Of a stretch of 32,000 bases of DNA, positions 26,408-32,000 are shown piece by piece. A model generated the notes under the pieces. That model was not told the DNA's origin and did not search any database. It was given only the letters and a program-made list of their open reading frames with translations. Source of the stretch: Ferroglobus placidus DSM 10642. Lineage in GTDB: Archaea > Halobacteriota > Archaeoglobi > Archaeoglobales > Archaeoglobaceae. A program made the position numbers and the translations under genes. The stretch covers positions 1,140,001-1,172,000 of the forward strand of contig NC_013849.1 in the NCBI RefSeq assembly GCF_000025505.1, written 5' to 3'. The first letter of the stretch is position 1. Each line of letters starts with the position of its first letter.

Positions 26408-27412
26408 ATGATGAAGATGGTGTTCTCGATGAAAAGCACTTCCATGGACTTGAAGAGAGAGCATGCTGAAATTCTAAAAGCGATCATCAACGCTTATCCC
26501 CATCCAGCTTTTATCGTCGATCAGGATTTTACGATTGTGGATGTGAACGAAAAGTTCGTGAGTGATTTTAAAAATGCTGTAGGGGAGAAGTGCTATAAGG
26601 CAATACATAATCTCGACGAACCGGCTTTGGAGTGTCCGGTAAGGGAGTCAATTTCTAAGGGGTTCGTTGGAATTGAAAAGGAGGTATATTTAAAGGAAGA
26701 GGGCAAATGGTACGAGTACTGTGCGTATCCATTTAAAGTCGGAAATCGATGGTTGTTCATCGTAGTAATGCGAGACATAACGAGCAAAAAACTCAGTGAG
26801 GAGATGGAAGAAGATAGATTGAAGTTCTTAGCTGGAGCGAACGAAATTTTGCAGTTTGTCGGGAAGATGATAAGGCACGACTTGATAAATCAGCTGAACT
26901 CGATAATTTCTGCCCTCGAAATTAAAGATGAGCTCGGAGATGAGAAGTTCGTGAAAATAATAAGGAGTGCCGCAGAGAGGGGCGTGGACATTTTAAAGAA
27001 AACGAAAGATATAGAGAAGTTCTTTAGGATGAAGAAAGTAAACGTCAGAGAAGTCGTTGAAAACGTTTCGAGAGAGTTTAATGCTGATATAGAAGTAATT
27101 GGAGACTGCGAAGTATGGGCGAGTGAAGCTTTGGGGTCGGTTTTTGAAAACCTCTTCTCCAATTCGATAAAACACGGAAAAGCTACGAAAATTACCGTAG
27201 AGATGAAGTGTTCCGACGAGTGGTGCGAGATCGTAGTTTCGGATAACGGAACGGGAATTCCGGAAGAGATCAGGGAGAGAATATTCGAAGAGGGGTTCAG
27301 TTACGGTGTTGGCGGTGGTACCGGAATTGGACTGTTCATAACGAAACACATCGTAGAAATGTGTGGGGGAGAAATAAAGCTCCTCGACAACTCAGACGGA
27401 AACGCTTTTTGA
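26408..27412 (+). CDS. PAS-domain sensor histidine kinase, C-terminus apparently truncated by a frameshift (would extend to 27453)
   Basis: PAS 'PAFIVDQDFTIVDVNEKF'; H-box 'MIRHDLINQLNSI'; N-box 'VFENLFSNSIKHGKATKI'; 'VSDNGTGIPEEIRERIFEEGFSYGVGGGTGIGLFITKHIVE'. Confidence 0.85.
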   Translation: MMKMVFSMKSTSMDLKREHAEILKAIINAYPHPAFIVDQDFTIVDVNEKFVSDFKNAVGEKCYKAIHNLDEPALECPVRESISKGFVGIEKEVYLKEEGKWYEYCAYPFKVGNRWLFIVVMRDITSKKLSEEMEEDRLKFLAGANEILQFVGKMIRHDLINQLNSIISALEIKDELGDEKFVKIIRSAAERGVDILKKTKDIEKFFRMKKVNVREVVENVSREFNADIEVIGDCEVWASEALGSVFENLFSNSIKHGKATKITVEMKCSDEWCEIVVSDNGTGIPEEIRERIFEEGFSYGVGGGTGIGLFITKHIVEMCGGEIKLLDNSDGNAF

Positions 27413-27595
27413 TAAAGCTTAGGAAAGCGAACAACCGTTCTCCTAAAAATTAGAAGCGTTTTAACCTTTTCACAAGCTAAAAATAGTAAAAAAATAATAA
27501 ATATAATATATTATTTTAAATTTTATACAATTTTTAAAAAAAATTAAATTTCGAGTGGTAAAGAGATTCTGCTAAAAATTTTTGGAGGAATTATA

Positions 27596-28912
27596 ATGAC
27601 AGATTTGGAAACAACACATACTACATACTTCGTTCCGGGGGTTGTAATTACCGACTCTGACTACAACATCCTTTTCTGGAATAGAACTGCCGAAAGCTTG
27701 TTCAACATAAAAATGGAAGAAGTTCTCGGAAAAAACTTGAAAGAGATTTTGGAGAGGATTGGTGCGGGAAGATTGTTCGATGCTATATCTAAAGGCGAGA
27801 AGAAAGTCGTGGAGATAAATACAGGATTAAAAAGTCTGTACATCTTCGCTTTTTCAGAAAAGGTTAACGTAGGGGGAACCGAGTATTTAGTGATATTCAT
27901 TGAGGAGATCACTGAGGAAATTAGAAAAAAGAGGATCCACGAACTTATCGTGAACAACGTTAGAGATGTTATTGCTCTTGTTGATTTCGAAGGTAAAATA
28001 CACTACGCATCCCCTTCCATAACAATTGTTCTCGGCTACAGCGTGGAGGAAGTTGCTGGAAAGAGCGTTTTTGAGTTTGTCCATCCAGAAGATCTCGAAG
28101 CGATGAAACGAATTTTTCAAGAAGCGGTAAGTATGGGAGTTGGTAAAGCAACTTGCAGAGTTAAAAGGAAAGATGGAACGTACATCTGGGTTGAAGCTGT
28201 AGGGAAAGTTATTTCCTTTGAAGAAAAAATCGGAGTAATATCCGCGAGAGACGTAACCGAGACGGTAACACTTGAAAAACTTTTGAGGGTTATAAACAAC
28301 GTTGGAAAAGTAATCGTTCACGCAAAAGACGAAGAAAGCTTGCTCAGCAACGTTTGTAATGAACTGGCTACGTTTTTTCCAGCCGTTTCCATATGGCTGA
28401 AGGACGAGGGATTGACTAAAAGCTGCGGAAAAGATTTTGAGATATGCAATTTCGCTGAAAAGGTTGCAAAAGAAAAGAAAATTTTGTTTGAAACCTGCGA
28501 AGTCTGTGGAAAAGTAAAAGCGGCGTTTCCAATGGTTGCTGACAGCGAACTTAAAGGTGTTTTGGTAACCTGCCTCGATCGAAGGCAGAAGCTTGATGAA
28601 GAGAACTTGCAGATGCTCGATGTGCTGGCTAACGACATAGCTTTTGCGATAAAGGCACTGAAACTTGAGGAGGCGAAAAGAAAAGCGTACAGACAGATTG
28701 AGGATAATATATACAAATTTGCGATTCTCGTCGATGAGATAAAAAACCCGCTTACGGCAATAATGGGGCTTGCCGAGGAAAAAGTGGAGGATGAGGAGGT
28801 AAAAAAAAAGATAATTGAGCAGGTGGAGAGGATAAAAAACATCGTCAAAAAGCTTGATGAGGGCTGGCTCGAATCGGAAAAGGTTAGAGAGTTCCTGAGA
28901 CGCTACCTCTGA
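27596..28912 (+). CDS. PAS-PAS-GAF signalling protein with degenerate H-box and no HATPase domain
   Basis: PAS 'VITDSDYNILFWNRTAESLF'; 'IHYASPSITIVLGYSVEEVAGKSVFEFVHPEDL'; GAF-like Cys-rich region; C-terminal 'FAILVDEIKNPLTAIMGLAEE', with Asp where HisKA has His; ends at the dimerization helix. Confidence 0.8.
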   Translation: MTDLETTHTTYFVPGVVITDSDYNILFWNRTAESLFNIKMEEVLGKNLKEILERIGAGRLFDAISKGEKKVVEINTGLKSLYIFAFSEKVNVGGTEYLVIFIEEITEEIRKKRIHELIVNNVRDVIALVDFEGKIHYASPSITIVLGYSVEEVAGKSVFEFVHPEDLEAMKRIFQEAVSMGVGKATCRVKRKDGTYIWVEAVGKVISFEEKIGVISARDVTETVTLEKLLRVINNVGKVIVHAKDEESLLSNVCNELATFFPAVSIWLKDEGLTKSCGKDFEICNFAEKVAKEKKILFETCEVCGKVKAAFPMVADSELKGVLVTCLDRRQKLDEENLQMLDVLANDIAFAIKALKLEEAKRKAYRQIEDNIYKFAILVDEIKNPLTAIMGLAEEKVEDEEVKKKIIEQVERIKNIVKKLDEGWLESEKVREFLRRYL

Positions 28913-28953
28913 AATCGGAATTTTTAAATATCCTTAGAGCAATTATACATCTG

Positions 28954-29319
28954 ATGAAGAAAATAGTTATAATGGCTTTAATTTTACTTTTAATTGCAAA
29001 TGCCTCTGCCAGACCGGAATACATGAAGGATTTCAAAAACTTCAGCGATAAAGTTAAGAAATGCACGTTATGTCACGTCCAGAGCTCGGGATACGGTGGA
29101 TTGAATCCCTTCGGCAGGGATTACGCTAAGATAGGGAGCTTAACTCCGGAGCTGATGCAGCTCGACAGCGATGGGGATAGATTCTCCAATATAGAGGAAT
29201 TGCTCAACGGAACTATGCCAGGAGATAAAGACTCATATCCGGGAAAGAAGGCTCCAGGATATACCACATCCCTTCTATTAGCAATAATAATTTTATATTT
29301 GGTGAAGAGAAAGTCTTAA
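28954..29319 (+). CDS. secreted monoheme cytochrome c with C-terminal TM anchor
   Basis: Signal peptide, 'CTLCHVQSSGYGGLNPFGRDYAK', 'DSDGDRFSNIEELLNGTMPGDKDSYP', then 'APGYTTSLLLAIIILYLVKRKS'. Confidence 0.75.
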   Translation: MKKIVIMALILLLIANASARPEYMKDFKNFSDKVKKCTLCHVQSSGYGGLNPFGRDYAKIGSLTPELMQLDSDGDRFSNIEELLNGTMPGDKDSYPGKKAPGYTTSLLLAIIILYLVKRKS

Positions 29320-29357
29320 ATATCTTTTCTACAATAGCTGAAAAATAGGGTGGCGAC

Positions 29358-29741
29358 ATGAAAATAGCGGCGATAATTCTTACGGCATTGCTGATATACC
29401 CGGTTTCGGCTCAAATAGGTGAGAAGAGTGTTGAAGAGTTAATTTACTGTCCGTGCGGATGCGGTGAAATTCTTGCAAACTGCCACTGCGAAACTGCAAC
29501 AGAAGTAAAGAAGGACATCCAGAGAAAAATTCTCGCCGGTTCAAAGCCAGAGGACGTTTTAAGCGAATACATGAAAATTTACGGTGCGAGCATCCTCGTA
29601 AAGAATGAAGAAGTTGTTAAGTCGAAGAAGGACGAAACTCTTTATCTATACTTGGCTGGGATAGGCGTGACTGCTGCAATAGCTTACGCTATAGGAAAAT
29701 CTTCGAGAAAGACTGAAGATTGGAAACTCAAAAAGAGGTGA
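29358..29741 (+). CDS. ccmH: cytochrome c biogenesis protein, CcmH-like (archaeal type)
   Basis: Signal peptide, 'IYCPCGCGEILANCHCETATEVKKDIQRKILAGSKPEDVLSEYMKIYGASILV', C-terminal TM. Confidence 0.8.
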   Translation: MKIAAIILTALLIYPVSAQIGEKSVEELIYCPCGCGEILANCHCETATEVKKDIQRKILAGSKPEDVLSEYMKIYGASILVKNEEVVKSKKDETLYLYLAGIGVTAAIAYAIGKSSRKTEDWKLKKR

Positions 29742-29745
29742 GGAG

Positions 29746-31689
29746 ATGAATATTGGATATTTTGCAGTCTTCGTAGCATTAGTGACTGCGACGTACTCCT
29801 TTTTAGCGTTTTACTTGGGAGTTAAAAATAAAAATTCAAAACTTTTAAGAAACGCAGAGAGAAGCGCTTACCTCTCAGCTCTCCTCACTTTTCTGGCTTC
29901 GTTTATTCTCATCTACTACTTCCTCACGGATAATTTTAAAGTAGAGTACGTTGCCACCTACTCGAGCAGAGCTCTTCCAACGTTTTACAAATTCACGGCT
30001 TTCTGGGCGGGCTCTGACGGTTCTCTTTTGCTCTGGGCGGCAATTCTTGCCGGATATTCAGTTGCTTTCTTAAGACTCGAGAAGAAAGACGCTCTAACAG
30101 CATTATCCATGGCTGGGATAATGGGTGTGCAAACCTTTTTCCTCCTACTTCTTTCTACAGTCGCAAATCCGTTCAAAGAGCTGAATTTCTTCCTGCAAGA
30201 CGGAATCGGTTTGAATCCTCTCCTTCAAACTCCAGAAATGGCAGCACATCCACCTACTTTATTCATGGGATACGCTGGAGCGGCTGTGGTTTTTTCCTTA
30301 GCCATAGCAGGGGTATATCTTGCAGAGGACAGATGGGTGATAAGAGGGAGGAAGTGGATAGTCTTTACGTGGATTTGGTTAACGCAGGGGATATTCTGGG
30401 GGGCGATATGGGCGTACAAGGTTCTTGGCTGGGGTGGATACTGGGCTTGGGATCCAGTTGAAAACTCTTCACTACTTCCTTGGCTTACGCTTTCAGCTCT
30501 AATGCACAGCATTATGATTCAGGAAGCGAGGAGAGCTATGAAGCTTTGGAACATCCTGTTAGCTTTTGCAACCTTTGAATTCGTCATTCTCGGAACGTTC
30601 ATAACGAGGAGCGGCGTTATAAGTAGTGTTCACGCTTTCGGGCAGAGTGGACTCACAGCTCCATTCGTTTCCTTTATGCTGGCAGTTCTCATCTTAACAC
30701 TTTGGCTAATCTACGAGAGAGGGGAATACATAAGGAGTGAAGACGTCGTTGAAAGTTCTGTATCGAAAGAGGCAACTTTCCTCTTCAACAACCTGATTCT
30801 CGTAGCCTCTGCTATGACTGTTTTCTGGGGAACAATATTTCCGCTGGTAAGTGAGGGGTTAACTGGTTATAAGGTAACGATAGGTCCTCCCTTCTACAAT
30901 CAGGTTATAACCCCCCTCGCTATAGCTTTAATGATACTCCTCGGCTTGTGCATAGCCTTTCCTTGGAGAAAGAGCGCCGGAAAGGACCTCGCGAAAAAGC
31001 TTAGAGTGCCATTTGTAGCTTTTTTAATCGCCTTCTCAGCATCACTCGCCCTCAAGCTTAAAATTGAGATGGCTTTAGCGTTGGCGATTTTCTTCTTCTC
31101 TTTAACAACTCACATTCAACAGTACATCCAAGACACAGTCGCTTTCAGCAACGAGTACAAGAGTAAAAGTTATCTGAGAGTTATTTTGAGGAGAAGGAGA
31201 AGGTATGGAGGATATACTGTCCACTTAGGTTTGCTGCTGGTTTTTGTTGGAGTAGCCGGAAGCGTTTACGATCAGACGTTTGAGAACGTTAAGCTCGAGT
31301 TAAATCAGCCGAAGAACATCGGAGAGTACACGTTCGTGTACAGGGGACTGAAGTTCGAGGACACACCCCTCAAGACGGCTTGGATCGCTCAGGTGGAAGT
31401 TTGGAAGGGAGATAAGCTCTTAACCGTACTAACTCCGGGTATAGAGGAGTACAAAACGAGGGGGGAAGAGATAAGAAGAGTTGACGTATACTCTGAGCCT
31501 CTTAAAGACATCTACTTGATATTTAACGGTGGGGGAAAGGATTACATCTTCCTTGAAATTAAAATTAATCCCCTCGTCAACTTCATCTGGCTTGGTTGCT
31601 GGATAATGACCTTCGGCGGAATATTTGCGTTAATACCAAGGAGTTTAGTTAGCAAATACGTATTTAGCGAGAGAGGTGTCACAGCATGA
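29746..31689 (+). CDS. ccmF: cytochrome c biogenesis protein CcmF (heme lyase)
   Basis: WWD region 'VLGWGGYWAWDPVENSSLLPWLTLSALMHS'; 'GSDGSLLLW'; 'HPPTLFMGYAG'; 'GTFITRSGVISSVHAF'; 'GGYTVHLGLLLVFVGVAGS'. Confidence 0.93.
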   Translation: MNIGYFAVFVALVTATYSFLAFYLGVKNKNSKLLRNAERSAYLSALLTFLASFILIYYFLTDNFKVEYVATYSSRALPTFYKFTAFWAGSDGSLLLWAAILAGYSVAFLRLEKKDALTALSMAGIMGVQTFFLLLLSTVANPFKELNFFLQDGIGLNPLLQTPEMAAHPPTLFMGYAGAAVVFSLAIAGVYLAEDRWVIRGRKWIVFTWIWLTQGIFWGAIWAYKVLGWGGYWAWDPVENSSLLPWLTLSALMHSIMIQEARRAMKLWNILLAFATFEFVILGTFITRSGVISSVHAFGQSGLTAPFVSFMLAVLILTLWLIYERGEYIRSEDVVESSVSKEATFLFNNLILVASAMTVFWGTIFPLVSEGLTGYKVTIGPPFYNQVITPLAIALMILLGLCIAFPWRKSAGKDLAKKLRVPFVAFLIAFSASLALKLKIEMALALAIFFFSLTTHIQQYIQDTVAFSNEYKSKSYLRVILRRRRRYGGYTVHLGLLLVFVGVAGSVYDQTFENVKLELNQPKNIGEYTFVYRGLKFEDTPLKTAWIAQVEVWKGDKLLTVLTPGIEEYKTRGEEIRRVDVYSEPLKDIYLIFNGGGKDYIFLEIKINPLVNFIWLGCWIMTFGGIFALIPRSLVSKYVFSERGVTA

Positions 31690-32000
31690 AAATTAGATAT
31701 TTTATTATTTTCATTTTTCTTCTAATCTCAATTTCCTCAGCTTTAACAGTAGAAGACGTTGAAAAAGACGTTATGTGTGTTTGTGGCTGCGGAAAAGTCC
31801 TTGAGAACTGTGAATGCGGTACGGCGGAGAAAATGAGGAAAGAAATAGAAGGGATGATCGCAAGAGGAATGAGCAAGGAGGAGATAATATCAGAGCTTCA
31901 GGCAACTTATGGTAAGGAAGTTCTCGTAAATCCTCCGAAAGAAGGTGTTTTTCTTGGCTTGTGGTACTATCCAGTGGCGATTACAATAGCCGGAGTTTCG
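31686..32000 (+). CDS. ccmH: second CcmH-like protein (partial, runs off the window)
   Basis: Own translation: MKIRYFIIFIFLLISISSALTVEDVEKDVMCVCGCGKVLENCECGTAEKMRKEIEGMIARGMSKEEIISELQATYGKEVLVNPPKEGVFLGLWYYPVAITIAGVS...; start overlaps the ccmF stop (ATGA). Confidence 0.8.
   Translation, partial: MKIRYFIIFIFLLISISSALTVEDVEKDVMCVCGCGKVLENCECGTAEKMRKEIEGMIARGMSKEEIISELQATYGKEVLVNPPKEGVFLGLWYYPVAITIAGVS

Noticed and set aside
26408-26460. ATGATGA at the sensor kinase start as a C box of a C/D sRNA
   Set aside because: No CTGA D box or second box pair at guide spacing; it is simply the Met-Met start region of the kinase.
28318-28848. 176-aa Ser/Phe-rich minus ORF inside the pseudo-kinase gene
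   Set aside because: Ser/Phe-rich shadow of a Glu/Lys-rich coding strand, a common artefact.
31679-31876. 65-aa minus-strand ORF at the right end
   Set aside because: Lies opposite the convincing second CcmH coding sequence, which starts at 31686 on plus and was not listed because it runs off the window.
1-32000. CRISPR array, IS element, tRNA or rRNA
   Set aside because: No regularly spaced repeats, transposase-like ORFs, or tRNA/rRNA signatures were seen while reading the window.

Overview
Archaeal chromosomal window, almost fully coding. The gene content (DUF2070, DUF401, DUF1464, RfcS, Spt5/SecE/FtsZ, CbiMNQO, archaeal Ccm genes) and a denitrification-type NO reductase fit a member of the Archaeoglobales, plausibly Ferroglobus-like; that assignment is from recall and was not tested. 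Main blocks: (1) HAD phosphatase; (2) CBS/Zn-ribbon - 4xCBS - Rnl3-type RNA ligase - DUF1464 - MEMO-family run; (3) Tat-exported, diheme, split-Soret-like C_GCAxxG protein; (4) MtnA-family isomerase; (5) norC-like/norB-like/heme farnesyltransferase/monoheme cytochrome c operon; (6) SPFH, ZIP, CbiMNQO; (7) RfcS, L11, Spt5, SecE (missed by the ORF track), FtsZ; (8) dihydroorotase, CbiB, DUF401, DUF2070; (9) two PAS-type sensor proteins; (10) cytochrome c and CcmH/CcmF/CcmH biogenesis genes running off the right edge. The most notable non-obvious signals are: an unannotated, complete C/D box sRNA on the minus strand at about 8466-8519 whose D guide matches 16S rRNA helix 27; an atypical NO reductase with retained FeB-site Glu/His residues and an embedded cytochrome subunit with COX2-like topology, co-encoded with heme O synthase and preceded by a 7-4-7 palindrome; a 16-bp perfect palindrome at a sensor kinase promoter; a homopolymer frameshift that removes the kinase C-terminus; a pseudo-kinase with Asp replacing the H-box His and a Cys-rich GAF region; and a decayed membrane-protein remnant upstream of cbiM. 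No CRISPR array, transposon, rRNA or tRNA was seen.
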